DNA of 64,000 bases from an uncultured Methanosarcinales archaeon (GTDB lineage: Archaea > Nanobdellota > Nanobdellia > Woesearchaeales > UBA12501): the NCBI GenBank assembly GCA_964397315.1, contig CAYNHV010000001.1:81865-145864 (forward strand), given 5' to 3'. Of the stretch, positions 1 through 9,414 are shown one piece after another. Below the pieces are notes generated by a model. The model was not told the origin of the DNA. It made no database searches and worked only from the letters and a program-made list of their open reading frames with translations. Both the position numbers and the translations under genes were made by a program. Within the stretch, counting starts at the first letter, position 1; each line of letters begins with the position of its first letter.

Positions 1-191
1 GCAATAAAACCGCTTTTGAGATCAAGTACAGGGAGAAGATAAAGCCAGAGCATTACAAAACGCTTCAGGAGTTCAGCAACGGTTTTATGATAAGCAGGGA
101 TACTTTCGGAAGCAGGACCTTCCCCCTTCCGGTGTTTCTGCTGCTTTTAGAACAGTATCCTGAGAGATTCATAGGCGGTTTCCAGTCCTAA
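1..191 (+). CDS. C-terminal fragment of a probable AAA+ ATPase/DUF4143-type protein (runs off window start)
   Basis: Frame 3 reads NKTAFEIKYREKIKPEHYKTLQEF...FPLPVFLLLL...GGFQS-stop(189-191); the EIK motif and tail resemble AAA_14/DUF4143 C-termini. Confidence 0.5.
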   Translation, partial: NKTAFEIKYREKIKPEHYKTLQEFSNGFMISRDTFGSRTFPLPVFLLLLEQYPERFIGGFQS

Positions 192-239
192 TTCAAAAAT
201 CATACGCCCTCAGTAACCAGGAAAGCCAAGGCGGTAAGA

Positions 240-419
240 ATGAAATGTCCAATATGCGGCAAAGGAAAACTGAAAAAAGGAAAAACAAAGGAATACATGT
301 TCGGGGTCTACCTGGGTGAATTTCCGGCAGATGTATGCGATGAATGCAGGGAGTCATTCACAGATTCAGCCACAACAAAGAGGATAGAGCAGGAGGCAAA
401 GCCCCTTTTCTGTTTCTGA
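240..419 (+). CDS. YgiT/MqsA-type zinc-finger protein, probably truncated (59 aa)
   Basis: Read manually: MKCPICGKGKLKKGKTKEYMFGVYLGEFPADVCDECRESFTDSATTKRIEQEAKPLFCF; two CxxC motifs. Confidence 0.7.
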   Translation: MKCPICGKGKLKKGKTKEYMFGVYLGEFPADVCDECRESFTDSATTKRIEQEAKPLFCF

Positions 420-458
420 TTGAAATGCAGAAAACCCAGGGGGAAAGAGAGGGAGTTG

Positions 459-783
459 ATGAAATCTGATGAAATAATAGCCAGAGAAGGATATCTATCC
501 TGCAAAATCTGAATGGAGGGAGTAGATCAAGAAGAGGGAGTTTGACAAGTTTTTGCGTATCAAGGGAGCGAACATTCAGGAGATTTACAAAATCTTTCAG
601 AAGGACAAGATTCTTTATGTCCGGCCTGCTAAAAAAGGCAGGCTTGCGGTCAGGGTCAAACATTCCTCAAATTATGATGTTGAGGTTTTTCTCAAGTTTG
701 ACAAGCCGGAAAAGGGCATGATAGAAGTTTATACATATGTCAAAGAATCTAAGCAGCGCAGGAGGAAACAATTTTTCCAGTGA
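459..783 (+). pseudogene. Disrupted small basic protein, possibly a RelE/DUF4258-like toxin
   Basis: ATG near 459 after a purine-rich RBS stops early; the long frame (KDIYPAKSEWRE-stop-IKKREFDKFLRIKG...IEVYTYVKE) needs a frameshift and contains an in-frame TAG. Confidence 0.4.
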
Positions 784-1111
784 AATCTCTTCCTCCCAGG
801 TCTGCAGTGACAGGCAGCTGGATCTTTTCCTTTTCTTCCTTATAAACAAGCTGCACGAGTATAAAGATAATTTTTTCCTGGTGGTTGTATCTGAAGGTTG
901 TGTCAACCCCCTCTAGGTTTTTGAGCACCTTTTTTGGAATGTTGAATGTGTCTGCGAAATCCAGAAATTCAAGACCGACCACCTCATTATTCTTATTAAA
1001 ATCAATGATGCAGATGTCTCTATCATTAATAGAGTGGTCTGTTCTAGCTCCTTTTTTTCTCAAAGAGAGAATGTCCACATCATCGTCATATTTGGCGCAG
1101 TGACTTCCCAT
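749..1111 (-). CDS. DUF2283 (YuzE-like) protein
   Basis: YDDDVDILSL...IIDFNKNNEVVGLEFLD is the DUF2283 signature; start placed at ATG 1111 after AAGGTG. Confidence 0.8.
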   Translation of the reverse strand: MGSHCAKYDDDVDILSLRKKGARTDHSINDRDICIIDFNKNNEVVGLEFLDFADTFNIPKKVLKNLEGVDTTFRYNHQEKIIFILVQLVYKEEKEKIQLPVTADLGGRDFTGKIVSSCAA

Positions 1112-1350
1112 GTTCAACACCTTTTTAATGGGTTCTGCCCTCTCAAAACCCCCTGATTCCAGATGAAGAAGGGCCGAGAGCTTTAAAAATCTTTTGTTTT
1201 GCAACACTTTTTGACATTTTTAGTATGTTTCTGGGGTTGTGAACCTTTTTTTCAGGGAAGATAGAATCATTTCCTGCACCCTTTTTAAACAAATGGAATT
1301 ATTGGCAACAAAATGCCAAAGAATCTATGGCCTTACATTCCGCTTTTTGG

Positions 1351-2559
1351 CTATACCCTATGCTGCCGCATCCATTCCCTCGCAGGCATGACCTCTATGC
1401 TCCCTATCCTGTCCTTCTGGTCCATTGTGATTATGATTCCTCTCCCTGCCCCTGTGCTTTTAACAGCCTCTTTCAAGCCCTTAATCTCCCTTTCCTTGTT
1501 CTCTTCATTGAGCTCATAGCATACCTGGACAGCCAGTATTATGCTTCCTTTCTCCCTGACCAGGAAATCACATTCATTATCCCCCTTAAAATAGTATATC
1601 TCCCTGTGCTGCCTTCTGAGATGAAGGAACACTATGTTCTCCAGCATCCTCCCCTTGTCCTTTGAGAAAGAGAGGGAGTTAGCTCTCGCAATTCCTGTAT
1701 CAACAGCATACACCTTTTTGGGATTGACTGCCTGCTTTTTCTGAGAGCGACTGAAAACAGGGATTGTGAAGAGGAGATAGCTGTCCTGTAAGTATGAAAC
1801 ATAGGATATTGCTGTATTCACTGATCCCATGCCGAATATTTTTTTAAGCTGGTTGTATGAGAACACCTTCCCTGTGTTACTGAGGAGGTAAAGGGCTACA
1901 TCCCTGACTGTCTTCTCATTCCTGATGCCATGCCTTACTATGATATCCCTGGAGATTATATCATTGAAGAGCTGCTGGAGTATTGCCTCGTCATTATACA
2001 TGAGATATTCAGGGAATCCCCCTTTCTGAAGGTATTCCTCAAAGCTATGGGGAGAGTTCTTTTTACTTGTGAGCCTGAGCATCTCTGTGTATGAGAATGG
2101 AAACAAGTCATATGTCAGGTGCCTTCCGGTGAGTTTGGTTCCGAGCTCCCTGCTCAGGAGGGATGCATTAGAGCCTGTGATAAGGATCTTATTGTTCTGG
2201 TCCTGAAGTTTTCTCACAAATCTCTCCCAGCCTTCCACATTCTGGATCTCATCAAAGAAATACCTGCTGCTCTGGCCGTATACCTCCTTAAGAGCCTCTT
2301 CTAGTTTCTCAAAGTCGCTTACCTCAAAGCCTGCTGCCCGAGGGTCTTCAAAGTTGAAATAACAGGCATTCTCTTGTCTGTCCATCACCTGCCTCAAGAG
2401 GGTGCTCTTTCCGCATCTTCTTATGCCTGATATGACAAGTGCATGGTGCGAGTTCATGTCCAGAAGCACATCCTTCTCCCTGGGGATTCCCTTCTCCTTC
2501 CCTGAGAGTTCTTTTTTTTGGGTTTCTGCAATGTCATGCAGTGTTTTCCTGAGCAGCAT
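1351..2559 (-). CDS. AAA+ ATPase (AAA_14 + DUF4143)
   Basis: Walker A GIRRCGKS, FFDEIQN, ITGSNA, GGFPE, PKKVYAVDTG, ECDF. Confidence 0.92.
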   Translation of the reverse strand: MLLRKTLHDIAETQKKELSGKEKGIPREKDVLLDMNSHHALVISGIRRCGKSTLLRQVMDRQENACYFNFEDPRAAGFEVSDFEKLEEALKEVYGQSSRYFFDEIQNVEGWERFVRKLQDQNNKILITGSNASLLSRELGTKLTGRHLTYDLFPFSYTEMLRLTSKKNSPHSFEEYLQKGGFPEYLMYNDEAILQQLFNDIISRDIIVRHGIRNEKTVRDVALYLLSNTGKVFSYNQLKKIFGMGSVNTAISYVSYLQDSYLLFTIPVFSRSQKKQAVNPKKVYAVDTGIARANSLSFSKDKGRMLENIVFLHLRRQHREIYYFKGDNECDFLVREKGSIILAVQVCYELNEENKEREIKGLKEAVKSTGAGRGIIITMDQKDRIGSIEVMPAREWMRQHRV

Positions 2560-2635
2560 ATTATAAAGTTTTCATTACTATTATATAAATCTTTTCATTG
2601 CCATTATACAAATCCTTTCATTACCAATGAGAACT

Positions 2636-3748
2636 TTACAGCACATGCCTCAAAAGCCGCGGCCTTGCCATAAGAAGCTTAAAAACAAACCTCTTCGGAA
2701 AGTCCATGTCCCCCCTCTCCCTGAGCACTTTCCTTACAGCCCCGCAGTCCATGTCCCTCAGCAGGCTCTCCTTCCTCTCATCGCTCATCCTGTTCAGCTT
2801 TCTCCTTATAAGAAGGTGCAGCCTGAGGTTCCTCCTCACATGCCTTATCCTGCTCTCATAACTCCCTCCTTCAGCAATCACCCCTGCAAGCTCTTTTGCT
2901 GCCATGAAGCCGTTAACAACACCGCCTCCTGATGTTGCCTTGACCTGCATTGCAGCGTCTCCAACAAGAAACACATTATCTTTCTGCACCTGAGCTTTCT
3001 TGTATACCGGAATGATGCCCCCTGACCTTGACTCAATCCTGCAGCCCCAAAGCTTATCTCTTAAAAGCCTTTTCATGTGCCCCGCAGGCTGCGAGAAAGA
3101 GGCAAGCCCTGCCTTAGCCCTCTCCTCATTAATGGGCACGAGCCATGCAAAAAATCCGTCAGAATACCTCCTGTCAAGGTAAACATAAACATTGCCAGTG
3201 TCAAAACCCCCTTTCTTTGACCTTATTATTGCCTGCGTTCCTGTCCAGAACCTTCTTCCATTGTAAAGGCCTGAGTTTCTTGCAACACTTGAGTTTGGTC
3301 CGTCAGCTCCCACAAGCGCAGAGGCCCTTAGGTATTCTGTCTTAGAGCCCATTTTCAGGCCTATCCGGAGCTCTTTTCCAGCCTGCTTATGATTAACATA
3401 CCTGTGGCCCAGAACAAGGTCAGAACCTCTTTCTTTGGCTTTCTCAGCTATTGCCTTGTCAAAGGCAGTCCTGTCAAGCACATAAGCCATTGGTCCAGAG
3501 CCAGACACCTCAAAACTGGCCTTTCCGCAGCTTATGATAGCTCCTCTAACGCGATTCTGCACAGCCTTCCTGAGCCATGAGCCAGGCACAAACCCCTCTA
3601 TGTTCCTGCTTATGAGGCCTGTACACTGCTCTGGCCTGCCTACCTCATTGTGCTCCTCAACAATGGAATTACCAATGCCCCTTTTTGAGAGAAGATATCC
3701 AAGGTAGCATCCCACAGGGCCTGCTCCGATTATGGCAGCATCATGCAT
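2636..3748 (-). CDS. Geranylgeranyl reductase family FAD-dependent oxidoreductase
   Basis: IIGAGPVG, QCTGLIS, LDRTAFD, VGADG, FFAWLVP, LVGDAAMQVKATSGGG. Confidence 0.85.
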   Translation of the reverse strand: MHDAAIIGAGPVGCYLGYLLSKRGIGNSIVEEHNEVGRPEQCTGLISRNIEGFVPGSWLRKAVQNRVRGAIISCGKASFEVSGSGPMAYVLDRTAFDKAIAEKAKERGSDLVLGHRYVNHKQAGKELRIGLKMGSKTEYLRASALVGADGPNSSVARNSGLYNGRRFWTGTQAIIRSKKGGFDTGNVYVYLDRRYSDGFFAWLVPINEERAKAGLASFSQPAGHMKRLLRDKLWGCRIESRSGGIIPVYKKAQVQKDNVFLVGDAAMQVKATSGGGVVNGFMAAKELAGVIAEGGSYESRIRHVRRNLRLHLLIRRKLNRMSDERKESLLRDMDCGAVRKVLRERGDMDFPKRFVFKLLMARPRLLRHVL

Positions 3749-3861
3749 ATGGCCATATCAAAGCCCTGGCTATAAAAAATTAGTGTTAAAACAACTGTTT
3801 AACTGATTGAACAGAAAAGTCCAGATATTTGAACTAAAAAGGCCTGCTCAAAAAGAGATGA

Positions 3862-4578
3862 TTATTTCTCTCTCATCCTCGCCATCTCATACTCCTCTTT
3901 TGTGCCTATGCTGTACCATTCCGCATTGAGTTTGAAGCCGTACAGCCCTCCTGCAGCTGCTATCATGGGAAAGAGGTCTTTCTCAAGGCTTATAATCTTT
4001 TTGCGGGGAAGGAGTGAGAGGACTTCAGGCTCAAAGAGGTAATTGCCTGTGCTTATGAGGTTGGATGGAGCTTCCTCAGGAGAGGGCTTCTCAACAAACC
4101 TTTTTATCCTGCTGCCCTCAAGGTCAGCAACCCCCTTCTCGCTGACATTCTCTGTCTCTGTAAGGACTATTGATACCGCGGCCCTGCTCTTCTTGTGGAG
4201 CCTGTGGAACTTCTCAAGACCTTCCTTTCCAAGATCAAGTATGTCATCTCCATTGCAGACAAGGAAAGTCTCTTTGAACTTGCCATTTTCCGCAAGGTTT
4301 ATCCACCCTCCTGTTCCAAGAGGCTTTTCCTCAACAATGTAGCCCATCCTCACCCCAAAAGCTGAGCCGTCACCAAAGTATTCCTTTACCTTGCCGGCAT
4401 GATGGCCTATTGAGAGGAAGACATCAGTTATCCCCATTCGCTTAAGATTGTCAATCACAATCTCTGTTATTGTCCTGCTGTTCAGCTTCACCAGCGCCTT
4501 TGGAATCTCGTCATTGGTAAGATGCCTCATCCTTGTTCCGAGGCCTCCTGCAAGCACAACAGCCTTGGTTACTGCCAT
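3862..4578 (-). CDS. Sugar-phosphate nucleotidyltransferase (NTP_transferase family)
   Basis: AVVLAGGLGTRM, IPKAL, EEKPLGTGG, NGD, FVEKP; start at ATG 4578. Confidence 0.9.
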   Translation of the reverse strand: MAVTKAVVLAGGLGTRMRHLTNDEIPKALVKLNSRTITEIVIDNLKRMGITDVFLSIGHHAGKVKEYFGDGSAFGVRMGYIVEEKPLGTGGWINLAENGKFKETFLVCNGDDILDLGKEGLEKFHRLHKKSRAAVSIVLTETENVSEKGVADLEGSRIKRFVEKPSPEEAPSNLISTGNYLFEPEVLSLLPRKKIISLEKDLFPMIAAAGGLYGFKLNAEWYSIGTKEEYEMARMREK

Positions 4579-4684
4579 GAAGAAAAGATTATGCAAGGCA
4601 TATAAAAAATTATTGATGATGGGATGATGCAGGGGGTGTTTTTGTTAATCTTTTAGGGTGCTGGCTGTCTTAGATTGTGTTGAT

Positions 4685-5395
4685 GACTCCTGATACTTCC
4701 CAAGGGATAATAGATCCATGCTTATAACTCCTGGTAATTCCCGCCCTTTAGGCGAGGGGGTGTTTGAGTCAATTTTTCCTGATACTTCCCTCCTCAGAGA
4801 GGATTTTGTGTTAATGACTCATGATACTTCCCTCCCTTTTTCTAGAACCATCATGCAGGTTCTTTACTTCTGAAACAGCACAACTCCCAGCTTCTGCCTC
4901 TAATAAGCCCCCCCAGTAATATGCTTAAAATGCTCTGTTGGAGTTGGTGCTATAAGCATGTGTGAGGGGGACGGAGGGCGGGATTTGTCCCTCTGTAATT
5001 GTGTTTGGGGCGGTGGAGAACTCTGGATTAATCAAAACACTTAGAAGATGCTCAATTTCGTGGAATTTCGCTGCGCTTAATCCCACCTGCGCATGAACTG
5101 AGTAATACCTTTCCGGCGGTTAAGTCTGGACTAATCAAAATACTTTGGGAATGCTTTTAATCATAGTACTTCCCACCCTCTCTGCACAACCACCCAGCAG
5201 GCTTACTGCTTCTCAGACATCACAACTCTCTGCTTCTGCCTCTAATAAGCCCACCCAATGATATGCTTAAAGCGCTCTGTGGAGTTGGTGCTCTCAAGCT
5301 GTTGAAGGGGGAGGTGGGCGGGAAAAATCAGTTTGTAATCGCGACTGGGGTGGAGGATATGTCAGGAGGAATTAATAATAGTATAGATTAGATTC
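4685..5395 (+). repeat. Dispersed intergenic element, copy A (four left units plus a tandemly duplicated core)
   Basis: Shares long blocks (e.g. CTTCTGCCTCTAATAAGCCC, GCGCTCTGTGGAGTTGGTGC, TCTGGATTAATCAAAA) with 15.1, 46.0 and 57.5 kb. Confidence 0.92.
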
Positions 5396-5484
5396 TTAAC
5401 CATGGTGTTTCCCTTATCTCACCAAGAAGCCCGCCCACTAGCCCATATGAATAAAATAACAAGAAAAAGGAATAAAAAACAAAA

Positions 5485-6858
5485 TCAGTAGTAAGTCTGG
5501 CTTGCGCCTTCCTCAAGCTCTTCCTCGTCATCTCCGCCTTTCAGCTTGTTGAAGCCGATTATGAGGCCCAGGATGACAAGCAGCACTATAAGGACTACAA
5601 GCCCCACGAGCAGGCCTTTCTTGACGCTGTCCCATCCTGTATCGTCCTGCCCTTCTCCCTCTACCACGTTGGTGCTGAGGGGGAACTCCTTGAGCACATT
5701 GCCGTCCTTCTTGACCTGCACTCCAAAGGTGTGCGAGCCGAGTGTTGAGTCCTCCTTTGCTGAGACATAGACATAGAATGTCTCTGTCTTTCCGGGCTCA
5801 ACAACAAGCAGTGTGCTTGGGCTTACCTTGACTGTGCCGAATGACTCAACCCCTGTAACCCCTAATGAGAAGCTTTTTGCCTCTGAGGCGGGGTTTGTGA
5901 CTGAAACAGGGTAGATGACTCCTCCCTGGCCTCTTACAGTGTCCTGAGTCTGGGGCCCTGCTGTTATCTTGACAGATTCTCCTGATGGTGTTTCATTCTC
6001 TGCAGGCTGGGTTGGTGTTTCCTCTCCAACCACAGAGACCATCTCGCTTTTCTCTGTCTCTTCATAGCCGTCGTCATACTCTATAGTAATCACAGCCTCG
6101 TAATCTCCTGATTCAGCTGTTGAAGGTATCCTCATGTACATTTCCTCTGTGGAGACTGAGTCCTCTGATTCAAGCTCGTCAATGTAATCCACTGACTGTA
6201 TGTGGAGGTCAGGTATCTCAACCTTTACCTTGACGCTGTCCTCGTCCTCTGACCCCACATTCTTGACCCTCACGGTTGTGAGCAGGGCTCTTCCTGCCTT
6301 AACCTCATTGCTTGGGTTGAACACGATATCCTTTATGAGGACTGCGTGCTTCTTTGTGTCAATCTTGAGGGGGTAGCTGTATGTTTTGACAGCGCCTGTC
6401 CTTCCGGCAACAGTGACCCTAAGGTCATAATCATCCCTCTCCATGAGGTCCGGAAGCTCAAGATCAAGCTCCTTTATGTAAAGGGTCTGGTTTTCAGCGT
6501 CAAATGTCTTTGAGGAGTCAGCAATGTTCTCATGCTCATCCCCGAATATCTGGGCTTCAACTGTCACGTCATCAACATCATTGTTGGCCATGACCTCTAC
6601 TTTCACCTCAACCTCCTGGTCTCTCTCAAGGTTGAGCCTTATCTCATCGCCGTTCTCAACAATGTCGCCGTTAATCTTTACCCAGATGACGCTCAGATCA
6701 GGAAGGTCTCCCTGGTTAAGAACGTCCTCATTATCATTTCTTGTAAAGTTGCCGTCTGTCCTGTTCTCATACTCAATGGCCTGTGCAGTGCTTGAAAACA
6801 ACAGCACAGCTAGAAGCGCGAACAAAACAAATGCTGTCTTCATTTTACTACCACTCAT
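5485..6858 (-). CDS. Putative S-layer/CARDB-like surface protein with C-terminal membrane anchor
   Basis: Signal peptide, acidic Ig-like segments (VRVKNVGSEDEDSVKVKVEIPDL), C-terminal TM helix and acidic tail ending TYY. Confidence 0.75.
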   Translation of the reverse strand: MSGSKMKTAFVLFALLAVLLFSSTAQAIEYENRTDGNFTRNDNEDVLNQGDLPDLSVIWVKINGDIVENGDEIRLNLERDQEVEVKVEVMANNDVDDVTVEAQIFGDEHENIADSSKTFDAENQTLYIKELDLELPDLMERDDYDLRVTVAGRTGAVKTYSYPLKIDTKKHAVLIKDIVFNPSNEVKAGRALLTTVRVKNVGSEDEDSVKVKVEIPDLHIQSVDYIDELESEDSVSTEEMYMRIPSTAESGDYEAVITIEYDDGYEETEKSEMVSVVGEETPTQPAENETPSGESVKITAGPQTQDTVRGQGGVIYPVSVTNPASEAKSFSLGVTGVESFGTVKVSPSTLLVVEPGKTETFYVYVSAKEDSTLGSHTFGVQVKKDGNVLKEFPLSTNVVEGEGQDDTGWDSVKKGLLVGLVVLIVLLVILGLIIGFNKLKGGDDEEELEEGASQTYY

Positions 6859-7051
6859 TTTAATACCTCCAATCAGCTGATAAAGCTAATTATGACTGAA
6901 TAATCGCTTATGAAACACCCCGCAAGATCCTTTTTTTAGTTGCTTGGTAATCGCAACTTGTATTTAAATGTTTCGATTATTTTAGCATAGTAGAGTAGTT
7001 AATCATTTTAACTATTATATAGATACTACACCCTTGCCTGTTTTGCGCGCC

Positions 7052-9355
7052 TCAACCCAGCTCCTCAACAACAAACACGGGCCTGTATTTTGTCCTGCTA
7101 ACCTGCTCATTATGTGCTGTAATCTGCACATCATACACTCCTGGCTCTGAGTCCTCTGGAATATCAATCCTGAGCTGCCTTGTTGTGCTTTCTCCCTCAC
7201 CAAGGTCAAATACTGTGCTGTCTGAAACACCAAGTCCCATGACAAGCGCCCTGTACTCCAGCCTCTCAAGTTCCCTGTCACCTGTGTTCTCAAAATACAC
7301 ATTAACAAAAAGCTCCTCTCCTGGCCTTACGTGATTCTCGCCGTACTCGTCAACACACTGCGAGTACAATAGTATCCTGCCAATGTAAAGCTCATAATCC
7401 TCATCCTCTTCTTCCGGCTCTTCATCCTCATCTTCCCCTGCCTCTTCCACTGTTATCACAACTGAATCAGAGGCTGTGTCGCCGTCAGCGTCTGTTATGG
7501 TGAGGTGTGCTGTGTAAGCGCCAGAGCTTTCATATGCATGACTTGGGTTTTCCTGGCCTGATGTGCTTCCATCTCCAAAATCCCATGAGTATGATATTGG
7601 GCTGTTGCCTGCGGAGCTTGAGCTGAAATCAACCTCAAGAGGCTCTTCACCTTCTGACGGATCTGCTGTAATGTTAACCTCTGCAGGAATGTCCTCATAA
7701 GGGGATGTGCTTATTGTGAAAACAAGGCTTCTTGGAGCGAATGATGATGCTGTTCCGTCACTGCAGAGCACATTCCAGGTGTATGTTCCGTCAGATATGT
7801 TATTGAGCCTGAAGAAGTCTATGAAATGGTTCTGCGTGGTCTGCTCTGCAGCAGGCCCAAAGCTTCCTGTTATGTTGGTGTAAAGTGTGCAGTCAAGCTC
7901 TTCTGAACTGTCATCATGGACCCCATAAGCAAATGTTATGTTGCTTGTGTTAAAGACTGAATAGTCAGAAGGATAAAGAAGGGCAACTTCAGGCGCCCCT
8001 GTCTCATTCTCCCCTGATTCATCATCATCCTCAGGATAAAGGCAGTCAGGATCATCCATGTCAACAAGCCCGTCACCATCATTATCAATGCCGTCAGAAC
8101 ATTGGGGAAGCTCCTCGTCTGATTCATCATCGTCCTGCTCATCCTCGCAGCCAGGATCCTCAGGATAATCTATGAGCCCGTCATTGTCATTATCCACTCC
8201 ATCAGAGCACTCAGGAAGCTCCTCGTCTGATTCATCATCGTCTTCAGGGCTTTCGCATCCAGGGTCAGTAGGGAAATCAATCAGCCCGTCATTGTCATTG
8301 TCCATACCGTCAGAGCACTGGGGAAACTGCTGTTCTCCTGTAACATTTATTGCAACACTGCCGCTGTCCTCCTCTCCTGCAGAATCCTCAACAGAGCAGG
8401 TGATGTTGTACAATCCTTCAGAAAACACCCTGTTAATGGAAAGCTGCCTGCTTCCTGTTTCTGTGCTGAAGAAAAGGCTTCCATTCTCGTATAATGAATA
8501 ATCAAAATGCCCTTCTCCCCCAGCAGCAGTGCAGTTAAGGATGACATCAAGAGGCTCTTCACCTTCTGACGGATCTGCTGTAAGGCTGATATTCAGGGGG
8601 GCTGCCGGAGGAGCCTCCTCCACTGTGAATTCCTCCTCCTCAATCACGCTTATTGTGTTGTAGCACTGGCTGTCAGGAACTGTTGTCTCTATCTCTGCCC
8701 TGTAGTCTCCCGGATCAAGAGAGATCTCGCTGCTTGAGACAGAAACGCTTGAGTCCATGAATATGTTCGCATATGCTGTGTCCTGGAACACAAGCTCATT
8801 ATTGCTGTCATAAATCCTGAACTCAGCCTCAACCTCTGAGGAGTAGAAATCCTCCCTGTAATCCTCAGGAACATAACCAACATTATTGTCTATCTCATTG
8901 AATGCGCTCTGCACCCCTGCTGTCATGCTCGCTACGCCTGAGTCCACATTGACATTAAAATCCTGAATCGGCGAGGAGCAGTCAGCCTTTTTTGTGAACG
9001 CTATGTCAAAGCTTGTTGAGCCTGTGCCGTGCCATGTTGCCCTGTACTCCATTGGAACATGGCCGTCTGCAAAATAGTAGGCTGCGTAGCCGTGCTGCGT
9101 GGCAAGGCTTGTGGGATAGATTATTGTAAGATAAGATCTTGCTCCTGAATCGCCGCTGCCAGGAAGCGGGCTGTCAAGGTCAAGATTGTCGCAGCCGCTG
9201 TCAAGGCATGGGTAGACGAGAACATCAACATGATCAACAGGATTCCCTGACTGGGCATCCCTGAAGTTGTAGGTTACGCTTACAGATGCTGCAACAGCTG
9301 CAGCTAGAATGATCATCAGAAATACAGGCGCCAGTAGTCTGGTTATTCTTTTCAT
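7052..9355 (-). CDS. Secreted PKD-domain protein with Asp/Cys-rich Ca-binding-like repeats
   Basis: Signal peptide; three CSDGxDNDxDGLxD repeats; PKD motif YSWDFGDGS...NPSHAY...GAYTAHLTITD. Confidence 0.85.
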   Translation of the reverse strand: MKRITRLLAPVFLMIILAAAVAASVSVTYNFRDAQSGNPVDHVDVLVYPCLDSGCDNLDLDSPLPGSGDSGARSYLTIIYPTSLATQHGYAAYYFADGHVPMEYRATWHGTGSTSFDIAFTKKADCSSPIQDFNVNVDSGVASMTAGVQSAFNEIDNNVGYVPEDYREDFYSSEVEAEFRIYDSNNELVFQDTAYANIFMDSSVSVSSSEISLDPGDYRAEIETTVPDSQCYNTISVIEEEEFTVEEAPPAAPLNISLTADPSEGEEPLDVILNCTAAGGEGHFDYSLYENGSLFFSTETGSRQLSINRVFSEGLYNITCSVEDSAGEEDSGSVAINVTGEQQFPQCSDGMDNDNDGLIDFPTDPGCESPEDDDESDEELPECSDGVDNDNDGLIDYPEDPGCEDEQDDDESDEELPQCSDGIDNDGDGLVDMDDPDCLYPEDDDESGENETGAPEVALLYPSDYSVFNTSNITFAYGVHDDSSEELDCTLYTNITGSFGPAAEQTTQNHFIDFFRLNNISDGTYTWNVLCSDGTASSFAPRSLVFTISTSPYEDIPAEVNITADPSEGEEPLEVDFSSSSAGNSPISYSWDFGDGSTSGQENPSHAYESSGAYTAHLTITDADGDTASDSVVITVEEAGEDEDEEPEEEDEDYELYIGRILLYSQCVDEYGENHVRPGEELFVNVYFENTGDRELERLEYRALVMGLGVSDSTVFDLGEGESTTRQLRIDIPEDSEPGVYDVQITAHNEQVSRTKYRPVFVVEELG
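8020..8330 (-). repeat. Intragenic tandem repeat, three units of about 108 bp
   Basis: GGAAGCTCCTCGTCTGATTCATCATCGTC at 8106 and 8214; encodes CSDGxDNDxDG units. Confidence 0.85.
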
Positions 9356-9414
9356 ATTATTGCCCTTCTTTTTAACACACCCTTAATATCTGCATGGGTG
9401 GATTATAATCAGCA

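Noticed and set aside
4685-4840. CRISPR array interpretation of the left-arm units
   Set aside because: Repeats are about 16-20 bp and degenerate, intervening sequences resemble each other, and no cas genes are in the window.
4685-5395. Left-arm units as canonical archaeal ORB origin boxes
   Set aside because: No TTCCAGTGGAA-type dyad with G-string and no adjacent cdc6/orc1.
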